Positions 16,792 through 28,400 of a DNA stretch of 52,705 bases are shown here, piece after piece. Position 1 is the first letter of the stretch, and every line of letters starts with the position of its first letter. The stretch comes from a virus. Taxonomy: Duplodnaviria > Heunggongvirae > Uroviricota > Caudoviricetes. The translations under genes were made by a program, and so were the position numbers. The DNA is taken from IMG/VR virus record IMGVR_UViG_3300035042_000139, one strand, 5' to 3'. The notes below the pieces were generated by a model. It made no database searches. It was not told the DNA's origin and saw only the letters and a program-made list of their open reading frames with translations.

Positions 16792-17216
16792 AAAAAGCCA
16801 CTCATCAAGTAAGAATAGTAAGTGGATATGCCCTTACTGTAATGAGGATTTAACAGATATTGAAACAATAAAAAAGGGGTGAAAAAATGTTTTTAGCAAA
16901 AGGAGTTTATAGGGATTGTAATATAGATGACTTTATAAATGGAGAACTTCCAAACACAGGCTATTCAATTGGTTGGGATGTTGACTTTAAGGCAAAAACA
17001 AAAGAAGATTTATTTAAAAAAATAGCCAATTTTCACGATATAAAAATAGAAAATATTTATACTGAAGACGGAAGAATTTATATCCAAAAATATGAAATTC
17101 CAAATCCAAGAGGTTGGAATGATGCCACAGAAGAAGATATGAGGTTATGGGAAAAAGGAAAAAAAGAATTATTTTTGGTTGATTATGTTTATGACTTATT
17201 TGAAAAAGTATCTTAA
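16760..17216 (+). CDS. 40-aa zinc-ribbon peptide (16760-16882, not in the track) and hypothetical protein (16887-17216)
   Basis: CPNC...WICPYC; RBSs present. Confidence 0.65.
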
Positions 17217-17327
17217 TATAAAAATTACAAATAATAAAAGGGGGTGATTCCCATGCTCTTTAAATAAAATGAAAACTATCAAAATATATACTAAAAACAA
17301 TACAGTAATTATTAGGAGGTAGAAGTT

Positions 17328-18236
17328 GTGAATCACGCCCAAGTAAGCCAGGAATTTCTAGAATCAGTATTTCAGCACAAAAGAATAAGCTCTAATGGAT
17401 ATGATTTAGAAAACGGATACTGTCATATTTATGCCTATGATGATTTAAAGATTTTATCTGTAGATTCAAAGAAGTATGACGGTTTCCCTCGTTCGAGTTA
17501 TTTTTATCCAGCAGGAGCTTTAGTCTACTATGAGAATGGAGAGGTTGAGCTTGTCGACCAGAATAGAGCTGTAAACGGTCAGACAGGAAACAATCCATAT
17601 CAGTGGGCCACCATTGATGCTCTCTTAAGAGATGAAATAGAAGTTGTGATACTGACAGGAGTTGCTGGAAGTGGTAAGACTTTCTTATCACTTGCGTACG
17701 CACTTTCAAAAGTAGAAAACAGTCAATATAATAAGATAGTTTTATCCAGACCGAAACAGGAATTAGAAAGAGACGAAGGGTTTCTCCCTGGTGGAGAAGA
17801 CGATAAAATCATGCCGTATATGATGCCTTTCTATGATAACGCTCGCTCAATGGGAGCAAGTCAGGACTTTCAAAGAATGGTAAATAGAGGCGAAGACACA
17901 TTTGGTATAACATTCCAGCCTCTGGAAAAAATTAAAGGTAGAAGTTTTGAAAACACAATTGTCATCGTTGATGAGGCAGAGGATATGAGATACAGAGAAA
18001 TTGAATCTCTATTAACTCGGCTAAACAACTCAAAGGTTATTATCTGTGGTGATATCAAACAGATTGATGATAAAACATTTTCTAAAGATAACATACCTTT
18101 AACATACGCAATTAAAAAGTTTTATGGACAGGATTTTGTCGCTCATATCAATAACCCTATAACTTCTCGTAAGGGTAAAGTAACTAGATTTGTAATTGAA
18201 AACTTCTCTTACGAAGAGTTTAAAAAAGCAAATTAA
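17328..18236 (+). CDS. phoH: PhoH-family ATPase
   Basis: NPYQ, GVAGSGKT, GFLPG, KGRSF, IVDEAED, LLTR, GDIKQID. Confidence 0.92.
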   Translation: MNHAQVSQEFLESVFQHKRISSNGYDLENGYCHIYAYDDLKILSVDSKKYDGFPRSSYFYPAGALVYYENGEVELVDQNRAVNGQTGNNPYQWATIDALLRDEIEVVILTGVAGSGKTFLSLAYALSKVENSQYNKIVLSRPKQELERDEGFLPGGEDDKIMPYMMPFYDNARSMGASQDFQRMVNRGEDTFGITFQPLEKIKGRSFENTIVIVDEAEDMRYREIESLLTRLNNSKVIICGDIKQIDDKTFSKDNIPLTYAIKKFYGQDFVAHINNPITSRKGKVTRFVIENFSYEEFKKAN

Positions 18237-18241
18237 AATTG

Positions 18242-18267
18242 AGGGGCGGGTTAAACCGCTCCTTTTT
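18242..18267 (+). terminator. intrinsic terminator
   Basis: AGGGGCGG-GTTAAA-CCGCTCCT plus T-run. Confidence 0.8.
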
Positions 18268-18285
18268 AATGTTAAGGAGGTCAAA

Positions 18286-18627
18286 ATGCAAAAAATAAAA
18301 GTTTATTATATTAAACACCCACCAGAAGAAGAAAGGGAACGAGGAACTGAAGTTTGGCAGAGATATTTAAGAATGACAACAGGTTATAGAGAAGAAAAAG
18401 AAATTCCTCTAAAAAAAGATTACAGAAAAGTTTTAGAATTTGAGCTGGATAACGACATTCCTGAAAACACAATTTTAAATAAACTCTGGTACGACTGTCA
18501 GAATATAGAACAACACGAGAATGCAGTAAAGCATGACCGTTCAATGATGGTTGGTGATGTTATACAAATCAATGACAAGGTTTTTACTGTTGCAAGTATA
18601 GGGTTTACTAAAACTAAATGGCATTAA
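18286..18627 (+). CDS. YodL-like domain protein
   Basis: ATG after AAGGAGG; YRKV...RSMMVGDVI...F.V..IGF. Confidence 0.6.
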   Translation: MQKIKVYYIKHPPEEERERGTEVWQRYLRMTTGYREEKEIPLKKDYRKVLEFELDNDIPENTILNKLWYDCQNIEQHENAVKHDRSMMVGDVIQINDKVFTVASIGFTKTKWH

Positions 18628-18639
18628 GGGGGTGTTTAA

Positions 18640-19811
18640 ATGTTTACAGAGTATAGTTCAGAAGGTGATGAGGTTTTTATTACGACAACAGTTACCAGAA
18701 TGGAAATAAGAAACGAATTTAAACAGTATGGAGTGGAAAAAGTTCCTATGGAGCTTGTTGAAGAAGTCTTAGATGTTTACTGTATGGATAAGGATGTTGA
18801 CGGTTTACTTTCAGAAAAACCTATTGCTAGTTTAGGTCAGGTTATAAAAGAAGTCGCAGAATACTATAAAAAGGAAATTTCAGATGACGAAATTTAATGA
18901 ATATATAAAAGAAATAAGAGAGAAGAATAAATATGACCCTAGGCGTGACTTAGTAAAGGATTCAAAACTCTGGTATATACTCTTAAATATTGCCGAAAGA
19001 AAGGATGAAAATCTATACAATATCTTACACGGTTTAAGATGTGTTGGAGCCAGACTTTTATATAAAAACAAAAAACTGCAATTGGTACAAGGTAAAGAAA
19101 TAGAGAATTCAAGCTGGGAGCAGTACAGGATAGATTGGCTTTTTCCATATGCAAAAAATGTAAAAGAAATTTTTAGTGATGCCGAAAGATATATTCAAAA
19201 ATCCAAAAAATAATTTAAAGGGAGAGATTTTTTATTATGAAAAGACAAAGATTACCACACAGATATGATATCAACTTTTTATCACCAGATGGGAAAGTTC
19301 AGAAAGCTCAAGGTTTTATTTCACTTTACAACAACGGAATTATTTACATCAACAAAGATTTAGCAGAATATTTTGGCAAGAATACAAACTTTATGAGAGT
19401 TGGAATAGATGAAGAAAGAAAAATATTGGTTTTAAGACCTTCTGAAACACCAATAAACTCATTTAAAGTTGAAAAGCACGGCAACACAATGATGATTAGA
19501 CACGTCCCTACAGCAAGATTAAGAATAGCTATTAAAAATAGACTTGAGGTTTATGCTACAAAAGATGGGTTTTTAAGCTCACTAGTTTAATCTAAAAAAG
19601 CCCCGGGCTTTATGCTCGGGGCAATAAAAGGGGGTTAAGAATGAAATTTAAGGCAGTATTATATGTAGACGAGGAAGTTGTTGTGGATTCAGCAGATTTA
19701 ACTGACAAGAAAGAAATTGATGATGACATTATTATAGATTCTATATTTAGTGAAATGGAGTGGGCTAATGGTGTTCATATAGAAAGCCTGGAAAAGATAG
19801 AGGAGGAATAA
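18640..19811 (+). CDS. hypothetical proteins (18640-18897, 18884-19213, 19237-19590 paralog family member, 19641-19811)
   Basis: RBS-preceded ORFs. Confidence 0.7.
19594..19622. terminator. GC hairpin preceded by an A-run
   Basis: AAAAAA-GCCCCGGGC-TTTAT-GCTCGGGGC; the U-tract lies on the minus strand. Confidence 0.55.
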
Positions 19812-19814
19812 ATA

Positions 19815-20180
19815 ATGAAACTTATAACTAAAGAGCTAGAAAAGAAAATTGCTGGCCCTGGCGAACAGGAAGATGTTAAAGACCCAATAGTTTATATTTC
19901 ATTTTTTCACGGAATAAGTCCATGGCGGTGGTACGCAACAGAATATGACCCTGAAAGAAGAATGTTTTTGGGTTTGGTATGCGGCAATGAAAATGAGCTC
20001 GGCTATTTTTCTCTTAATGAACTTGAAAGTGTTAATGTAAAAGGTTTTAAAATCGAGAGAGATTTATATTTTGAGCCCAAAAAGTTAAGTGAGGTAATCG
20101 CTGAACGAAAGAAATTTAAAGACACAATCTCAAATGACTTTCCAGACTGGATATATGAGGAGGGTGAAGATAATGAGTAA
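19815..20180 (+). CDS. DUF2958-family protein
   Basis: MKLITKEL, FF...W.WYATEYD, F.GLV.G.E.ELGYFSL.EL, IERDLYF. Confidence 0.85.
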   Translation: MKLITKELEKKIAGPGEQEDVKDPIVYISFFHGISPWRWYATEYDPERRMFLGLVCGNENELGYFSLNELESVNVKGFKIERDLYFEPKKLSEVIAERKKFKDTISNDFPDWIYEEGEDNE

Positions 20181-20475
20181 AGATAATAAAGTTTTTAATA
20201 AATGCCTTAATTGCGGGTTTGTTTCAAAAAAAGCAATTTGGCTATGGAAAAATGAAGACGGAGACATAATACATTCAGATATTGAAATAAATGAAGAAGG
20301 TTTTTTTGACTTGGATAAAATAATTTATGTAGCTGGAGGGCCTGATTCAAAAAATGCAGAAAATATAGCTGATGGTGATGCAATATGTCCAGAATGTAAA
20401 AGCCTTTATTATGTAGCCGCAGACAAATCTGAAGTAGAAACATACTTTAAAAAAAGAAAAAAAGAGGGAAACTAA
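20173..20475 (+). CDS. zinc-finger hypothetical protein
   Basis: CLNC...CPEC. Confidence 0.65.
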   Translation: MSKDNKVFNKCLNCGFVSKKAIWLWKNEDGDIIHSDIEINEEGFFDLDKIIYVAGGPDSKNAENIADGDAICPECKSLYYVAADKSEVETYFKKRKKEGN

Positions 20476-20487
20476 CGGAGTGGTAAT

Positions 20488-22296
20488 ATGATAATTTTTG
20501 ATTTAAATGATAAAGATGAGCTGGTTGTGCAGCCTACAGGAAGCAGGAATCAATTTTTTAAAGCACTTGATTATATAAAAAGTATAAATGGAAGCAGCTA
20601 CAACCCTGATATTAAGGAATGGACAATACCTAAGAACATGTCAAACATTAAAAGGATACAAAATAAATTTATGACAGGCTCAAATTATGACATTTATGAA
20701 TTGTCGGGTACCAAAGCTCCATATGTTAAGACTTCTGCTGATATATTCCTAAAAGAAATAGATGGAAATATAAAAAAGTTTATGAGAGACAAAGAAATTA
20801 ACAGTTTGAACCTGACCTTGAAGGATTTTCAAAAACTTGGCGTTTCTACAGCAATTCATTTTTTAGAAAAAGAAAACGGATTTTTAATAGCTGATGACAT
20901 GGGGCTTGGTAAAACGATTCAGGCTCTCGCAGTAATCAACAGTTTAAAAAAGAGAGGTAAAATAAAAAAGGTTCTTGTCAGCTGTCCTAAAAACGTAAAG
21001 CTACAGTGGGGGCATGAAATAGAAAAATTCTCTGATTTAACCTTCACAGTTATAGATGGTTACAACAGAGATAAGCGATTTGAATGTTATGATGAAGATT
21101 CTGATATATTTATTATCAATCATGACTTGCTTATCAGCGATGACGACTTTGAGATGATTAAAAAGAAAATAAAGCCAGATTTAGTCGTGGCCGATGAAAT
21201 TCATTACTTTAAATCTCACGGAGCACTAAGAACTAAGGCTATTAAAAAATTAAAACCTAGATATCGCCTTGGGCTAACAGGTACTCCTATGCAAAACAAG
21301 CCTGTTGATGTACACAGTATATTTGAATTCTTATTACCTGGCTATTTGGGTAAGATAACAGATTTCAGAAAAGAATATGTATTATTTGATTACACTAGAG
21401 GTTATCCTGTATCTTACAGAAATCTTTTTGACTTAAAGAAAATTGTAGGCAAAAGAATGATTAGAAGAAAATCAGATGATTTAGATGAAGAATTACCAAC
21501 ACCACATCACAGAATACACCTTGTAGAACAGGATATTCAGCAGTTTAGGGTTCACGAAGAAATAGAGCAAATGATAGACGGAGCAAAGCTTGAAGCTGAT
21601 TCGATAGCTGACTCTAAGATGAAGAAAAGCCAGAAAGAAAAAGAGATGGAAGAAATCAGCGGTAAAATTATGGGGCTCAAAAATATACAGGCTTCAGCAG
21701 CAGATGATTTACGAACACTTTCTATGTCAGAAGAGGTCTGGATACAGAAACTCGTTAGCATAAATAGTAACTATATTTCACCAAAAACGAAAAAACTAAA
21801 ATCACTAGTTAAATCAATTGTTGATTACAACGATGATTTTAAGGTTATAATCTTTTCTCGTTTTGCCAGAATGGTAAATATCTTAGAAGATGAGCTTTCT
21901 CAGATGCCAGAAGTTAAAAAGACAGCTAAAATTTACGGCGCCTTTAATGAGAATAAACGGGATGAAGAAATACAGAAGTTTTTAAACGATGATGAGTGCA
22001 GAATAATTATTATGTCTGATGCAGGAGCTGAAGGTTACAACCTGCAGAATGCAAGTCACTTAATTAACTTTGATGAGCCTTGGAATCCAGCAACTCTAGA
22101 CCAGAGAAACGGACGTATTCGCCGTATAGGCTCCAAGTGGAAGGATATTTTTATCACCAATTTAATTACTAAAAACAGTGTTGATATTCAAATCCACGAA
22201 ACAATTACCAAAAAGAGAAAGTACTTCGATAAAATTGTCGAAAATACTGACAATCAAACAAAAGCGTTAAAGGAATTTTTAAAGAAGGTCATTTAA
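20488..22296 (+). CDS. SNF2-family helicase/ATPase
   Basis: IADDMGLGKT, DEIH, LTGTPMQN, IIFSRF, SDAGAEGYNLQ, WNP..LDQRNGRIRRIG. Confidence 0.95.
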   Translation: MIIFDLNDKDELVVQPTGSRNQFFKALDYIKSINGSSYNPDIKEWTIPKNMSNIKRIQNKFMTGSNYDIYELSGTKAPYVKTSADIFLKEIDGNIKKFMRDKEINSLNLTLKDFQKLGVSTAIHFLEKENGFLIADDMGLGKTIQALAVINSLKKRGKIKKVLVSCPKNVKLQWGHEIEKFSDLTFTVIDGYNRDKRFECYDEDSDIFIINHDLLISDDDFEMIKKKIKPDLVVADEIHYFKSHGALRTKAIKKLKPRYRLGLTGTPMQNKPVDVHSIFEFLLPGYLGKITDFRKEYVLFDYTRGYPVSYRNLFDLKKIVGKRMIRRKSDDLDEELPTPHHRIHLVEQDIQQFRVHEEIEQMIDGAKLEADSIADSKMKKSQKEKEMEEISGKIMGLKNIQASAADDLRTLSMSEEVWIQKLVSINSNYISPKTKKLKSLVKSIVDYNDDFKVIIFSRFARMVNILEDELSQMPEVKKTAKIYGAFNENKRDEEIQKFLNDDECRIIIMSDAGAEGYNLQNASHLINFDEPWNPATLDQRNGRIRRIGSKWKDIFITNLITKNSVDIQIHETITKKRKYFDKIVENTDNQTKALKEFLKKVI

Positions 22297-22310
22297 GAAA
22301 GGAGACCAAA

Positions 22311-23908
22311 ATGTATGAAAGACTAAATCCTGGAGACATGGTTTTAATTAGAGATGATGCTGAGCATATTCCAGAAAATGTTAAAAGAAATCTTTATGTT
22401 GTAAACGCTGTTGAAAGAGAAGAAGAAAAGGGAGTAATAACAGAGCAAAATGTAAGCTTAAGAGAAATAGACTGCTTACCTATATTTATTGATGATGCTC
22501 CTTACACATCTATTTTTTTAGATTCAAAATATGTATATAAAAGAGGTAGTTAAAATGAATTTATTTTTAATAGGACTTTTTGTAGGTGTTATAGCTGGAG
22601 CCCTGACAATAGGGCTTTTTGCAGGAGGCAAAATCACAAGCCTTGAATCTGATTTAAGGTCTGCTAAGTCGCAAATTAAAATGTACCAGAAAGATTACAT
22701 TGAGAATAACGCTAAAAGGAAGGTTCATAATGAAAAAACCAAAAAAAGAAGTTCTGCTTAAGTGGAAAAAAGAAAAATGCGGAAGCTGTCCTTATCATAT
22801 GAGAAATTTTAAAAACAGCATAAACTGCGATGGTAGCTTCTACAGTATCTTAAAAAAGTGTGTGTTCTGGAGGGATGAAAATGACAAATTTAATCAAGAA
22901 AATGGCTAAAAATACCGAAAAAGAAAATGAAAAACTTGACAGAGCAAGAATTTTAATCTCTAAATTTATAAGCGAGAACATAAAAGATATAGCTTTTATT
23001 GCCGGAGTCAGAGAAAAAGATATCAGATTTCAACACATTGATATTTTAGAAAAAAAGACATGTCTCTTGGGTATTTCTAAAAATCCCGGTTACTACATGC
23101 TGAACGTTAATATTCACAGACAAAACGACATCGAGTTTTTAAAGATTGATTTTGAGCTGGAAGTAAGCGGCAGTGAGGAGAAAAAGCTAGTTTTGGAAGA
23201 GTTTAATAATATAAAAAATATAGAAAAAGAGACTGCATTTTTTAAAATTAAGCTACAGCAAGTGCTACAGGAATATCTTTTAGAATTAATATAAAAAAGG
23301 GGGTAAAAAATGATTAGTACAATAGAAAAGGTTAAAACTGATATAGAAAATGTAAGAGACTTATTAATCAGATTAAGTGGTAGCTGGGAGAGTTTAGACG
23401 ACCATGAAAGAGAACAACTTGAACAGGTGGCAGATGAAGTAGGATTTCCTTATGATATTGAAGAACTAACTTATAACTTTAAAAGACTTAATGAATATAG
23501 TAAAAATGTCACTGTAATAAATGGTGTCCAGGTTTATATTGATGACTACAATAGAATTTATATTGTTACCGGAAATCGAGAAAATCGAATTGAAAGTCTT
23601 TCAGATTTAAGAGGGCAAATTAGAAGTCGTAATTTAGAGCCAAATACTGCCGCAGAAATTATGAGATGGTATATCAATAAATATGTAGATTAAAAATTTA
23701 TAAAAGGGAGCAATTTTAAATGCCAAAATATAATGTTCGTACGAATATTCCAGGATATAAGGATATAGTATATGCAGCAAATGTTAAAAAAGCTATTAAG
23801 ACATTTAAAAAGAAGATGAATCTTGTCAATCAGGAGAAGGAACCTGAGTTTGAGGTTATCGAAGTTTTTGATTTGGGAGAAAAAAAGGAATGGGTTTTAA
23901 ATGGATAA
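22311..23908 (+). CDS. six small hypothetical proteins (22311-22553, 22555-22761 TM, 22730-22909 Cys-rich, about 22875-23294, 23310-23693, 23720-23908)
   Basis: Overlapping or abutting ORFs with RBS. Confidence 0.65.
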
Positions 23909-24308
23909 AATAAAAGAAAAAATTAAACGAAGAAGGAGGCAGATGCTTGTTCACAGCTGTATCTATTATCGCTTCGGAACTTCTGTAATAGATGATGCAA
24001 CCTTTGATAAGTGGGCTTATGAGCTTGTAAAACTTCAGGAGGAGAATCCAGAAATCTCAAAATCAACTATCCTGTATGATGAATTTAAAGATTTTGATGG
24101 CTCAACAGGATTTAACCTTCCTACCGGCAAACCCTGGGTTATAGATAAAGCCTACAGACTGATTGATTATCACAACAATAAAACTCTCGGTGAATACCTC
24201 TTAGAAAACAGTAGAGGTTTCACTAAAGAAGAATCAGAAAAATACGAAGAATCTTTAGATGATTTATTTAAAGGTACAGGCAGGAATCTGTTTAATCTGG
24301 AGGGTTAA
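23901..24308 (+). CDS. stand-alone NAD+-dependent DNA ligase N-terminal (Ia)-like domain protein
   Basis: HSCIYY....SVIDDATFDKWAYELVKLQEENPE matches the LigA Ia pattern YY...P.ISD.EYD.L..EL..LE..HP. Confidence 0.7.
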   Translation: MDKIKEKIKRRRRQMLVHSCIYYRFGTSVIDDATFDKWAYELVKLQEENPEISKSTILYDEFKDFDGSTGFNLPTGKPWVIDKAYRLIDYHNNKTLGEYLLENSRGFTKEESEKYEESLDDLFKGTGRNLFNLEG

Positions 24309-24637
24309 TGATGAATTTTAAAAACATGAAATATGATGAATTTAATCAAATATCATTTAAAAGATTTAAAGATAATTTTGAGATAGACTGGGAAAAGCAC
24401 TGCTACAATCCGGAAAGCCACAATTGTACAGGAGGATGTCAGGGGGCTTCTGATTGTCTTTTAGCTCAGCATTATAGGGGAGAGCTTAAAGAAAGGCCAA
24501 CTAAAGAAGAAATGATAGAAAGAGTTTATAGACAGGAATATTCAAGTATCTCCTTTGATAAATTTATGGAGACTGATGAAGGCAAAGAAATAACAAGGCA
24601 GCTAAAAGAAGATATAAAAAAATACTTAGGGGGTTAA
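24308..24637 (+). CDS. hypothetical Cys/His-containing protein
   Basis: HC...HNC...C....C. Confidence 0.65.
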   Translation: MMNFKNMKYDEFNQISFKRFKDNFEIDWEKHCYNPESHNCTGGCQGASDCLLAQHYRGELKERPTKEEMIERVYRQEYSSISFDKFMETDEGKEITRQLKEDIKKYLGG

Positions 24638-24641
24638 GATA

Positions 24642-25409
24642 TTGAATGAAATAACTAATACAGAACAGTATAATAACTCGATGTCAAAAAGTGTATTAGA
24701 TAAGATGTTTTTTTTGGATAAGATACCGGATGATGTAGTTATTATTGATTGGGGGTGTGCTGACGGAAGCCTCTTAAAGGAAGTAATTAGATTTTTTCCA
24801 GATAATGAATATTTAGGCTATGACATAGATGAAAGAATGGTAACATTGGCAGAGGAAAAAGTAGATGTAAAAGTCTACAATCAAACAAGCTCATTAATAA
24901 GGGATGTTGAGCAAAAATACAAAGATAAAACTGTTGTTGTTAACCTCTCATCTGTAATCCACGAGGTTTATTCATACCGCAATGTAGAAGAAATTGATGA
25001 TTTCTGGTTTATTGTCTTTAAAATAGCGGATGTTGTTGTTATTAGAGACATGATATTTGAGCAGAGTATGGACCGGGCTAGTAACCCAAACGATGTTAAG
25101 AAAATACGCTCTAAATCAGATAGAAGATACCTTCAGGACTTTGAGTCAATTGAAGGTTCTATTAAAAATAATAAAAATCTTATCCACTATTTGATGAAGT
25201 ACCGGTATAAAGATAATTGGGAACGTGAAGTGAGGGAAAATTACTTTCCTCTATCACGAGAAAGGCTTGATATGTTAATTCCCGATAATTTTATGATTCG
25301 CTATGAAACGATGTTTGCTCTGCCTTACACGCAGAGAGTTGTGGAGCGTGACTTTGGTATCGAAATCAAAGATAACACGCACTTAAAGATGATTTTAGAA
25401 AAAATATAA
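24642..25409 (+). CDS. class I SAM-dependent methyltransferase
   Basis: IIDWGCADG, GYDID..M, SSVIHEVYSY, VVIRD. Confidence 0.85.
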   Translation: MNEITNTEQYNNSMSKSVLDKMFFLDKIPDDVVIIDWGCADGSLLKEVIRFFPDNEYLGYDIDERMVTLAEEKVDVKVYNQTSSLIRDVEQKYKDKTVVVNLSSVIHEVYSYRNVEEIDDFWFIVFKIADVVVIRDMIFEQSMDRASNPNDVKKIRSKSDRRYLQDFESIEGSIKNNKNLIHYLMKYRYKDNWEREVRENYFPLSRERLDMLIPDNFMIRYETMFALPYTQRVVERDFGIEIKDNTHLKMILEKI

Positions 25410-25422
25410 GGAGGAATAAATA

Positions 25423-28400
25423 ATGAAAATGAAAAGAAGCAACTATGTTGATGGTGTTCTGATAGAAAAAACAGATTTGAGAGAATTTTTGGAAAATAAC
25501 GAAAATGAAAGATGGGAGATTTATAATGTCGATGATATGCCAGACAGTTATTATTTAAAATTAGAATCAGGAGTTATTGAGGTTGGAGATTTAAAAACCA
25601 AGTCAACATTTTTAACAAAACATAATGCTACCTCAACTGCAAATCATATTCTTGATAAATTAAATATGAAAAAGAATGAGGATACACTTTACTTTGTTGA
25701 TAGGCCGGCTGACCTTTTAATAGGTAAAAAACTAGAGTTAATCAGAAGTATAAAATATAAAAATCTAGCTTTTAATCCAGTTAGAGATGCTGAAAGTTTT
25801 AAAGTTGCAATTGAGTGCCTGGCTGATTCTAAGTATGAACATTTCTTAAATGTAAGTGAAGGACTATAAGGAGGTATTAAATGGAAAAATTAAAAGAAAA
25901 GTTTGAATTTGGGAGTGTCTCCGGCACCTGTGATGCAAGTCTGGAAGATTTTATTTTAGTCGAAGATGCTGATTATCACAAAAGCTATATCTCAAAAAAA
26001 GTCTATGAGCACAGAGAAACTGGCCTTAATTTTGATTATAAATATGTATTACACGGAAGTTTCTGGGAAGGGTGGGCAATAGAAGAGGTCTTTGGCATAG
26101 AAGAAGACTTTGAGGACCCACCTTTAACAATTGATATCTATATGGTGCCTGTGCTGGATAGCCTTTCAGATGAGAGTATATCTGATATTATGAGCGCTTA
26201 CGGCTGGGAAGGTGAATGGAAGAATTTCGAAACAGACTTCATTGAATATATAATCGTTGAGGCCGGTTACGGAATGAGAATGGATGGGTCAGGAGACTTA
26301 ATTAGATACGAAGATATGGATAAAGAATTCTTCAATGCAGCAAATGCTATAACAGCTATTGATGGACTGTTTGGCTTTTATATGGACCAGGTTGTAAACG
26401 GTATCGGCACAACAAACTGGGATTTGTTAGAAGAAAGACTAGGTGTTATTGATAATGCCTTCTCAGTATCATTAGAAAGAACGGCTGAAAAGATGGGCCT
26501 TTAAAGGAGGTTAAAATGCCTGAAATTAAATTACCTAAAGTAGAGGAATTAGATTTACAAGTAGACAATATCGAAAATGATTTCGTCTTTTATTATGACC
26601 ACAATGAATGGTGGTATTTTGAAGCTCATTTTGACAATGGGAAATTTAACGGTGAGATTGCATATTGCCAGGGCGAAGACGAAAACGGGCATGTTATGGA
26701 TTGGAACCACCTAGATTTTAATGATAAGTTATACAAATATATACGAAAAAAAGCTATAGTTGATTATATAATGAGTCAATTTTAAAGGAGGTTAAAAATG
26801 GATAAATGCCAAATATGCGGTGGAGAAGCTCTGCTTGAAGTAGAAGAGGGAATTGAAATGTTAGGTGATATATGTGATATTTGCGATAGATGGGTCTGTC
26901 AGGACTGCTTAGACCACTCAAAAAGCGGTATCGATTACGATAATATATGTGTTGAGTGTGCTGAAAAAACAATAGAAGACCTATCACGTGGTAGATGGGT
27001 TGAAGAAGTCTATGAAGATTATTCTGCTGTACCATTTATGGCCAACATTATAGCTTTAAATCCAAATGTTTATGCTGTTGGTTACCACAAAAATAGTGAC
27101 GGAGATGCACTTGTTGAACTTGATGTAGGAGAAAGACCTCAATATGTAGCTGACGGAATAAGAATCGATGAGGTTAATTTCTGCCATGCTGGTAAAAGTG
27201 TTGATATCTTATTTGATATTGAGGGAAGCAGTATCTGCCTTAATTTCTACAATAACAATAAGGATAACAATATTTTATGGACAGCTATCAGAGATAATGC
27301 TGATTACAAAGAAATTGAAAAAAGACTTAACTTTTTTATAGACAACTATCTTGATTTAGATAAAGTCTACAACTTTAAATATAACACAATTTACAGAAAC
27401 TTTTAAAAAAGGAGGTAAATTAATGCAAAGAAAATTTGAATATAAAGGCTGTACAGTTTTTATTGATGATGACATCAGAAATACAAATGAAAAGTATGCA
27501 AATGTTGATGTAAAAAACTTTGAATATGATGAAGTTTACATCTCTGATATGGGAGGATTTGACCTTTTAGAATATGAGCTGGAAAAAGATACAGCTGAAA
27601 ATATGGCCAAAAATTATATTGATTATATTGACGGTGTTTATGGGATAGAGCACTTTCTTTCAATAGCTTTTGATGAGGATAAAGACCCTTTAATGGGTGA
27701 TGGTATACCTTGGGAGGAAATAAGAATCTCAAGAGATGAATACAAAGAAAACGAAGAAAAACTTATAAAGGAGGAGAAAGCATGGCTGCAGGACCAAAAC
27801 GTTTAATTAAAGACTACATTGAAACTCTAGAGAATCAAAAAGAATCAATAAAAGAATTAAATATAGGTCTGGAATATGCTCCGGGCTGGTCAGTAATGCA
27901 CGATATGGACAGCTGGTTTGACATAAAAGAAAGTATTGAAAGAATAGACAAGGAAATAAGAGAGGCTCTTCAGATTTTGAATTACGAACTGCCACAATAT
28001 GAGGATAAAACCTATGAAGAGATGGTAGATGAAAAGTACGGCAGCTCAGAATAAAAGGAGGTTTTAAATTGATTAAATTTAAAGAATATAATTTTGATGT
28101 TATAACAGGCAGAGAACAGGAAATGCTAGATGACTTTGTAGATATGGAAAGGATAAGCGAAACTGATTATATCGGCGATGCTATTGCAGAATACGGGGAC
28201 AGATATGCAGATGTTTACTGGGAAAAAGGAGAAGAGCTGCAGGGTTATGTTAAAGAAGCAATGAGAAGTGGCTTGGTTGACATATCTCTACCTTTTAATG
28301 ATTTAGACGATGCTTTTTTTAGTGGATGCTACTTATATCTAACAGATGTCTTATATGAGAATTTATATGAGCTTATTTTTAATATAGCTGCTGATTATAT

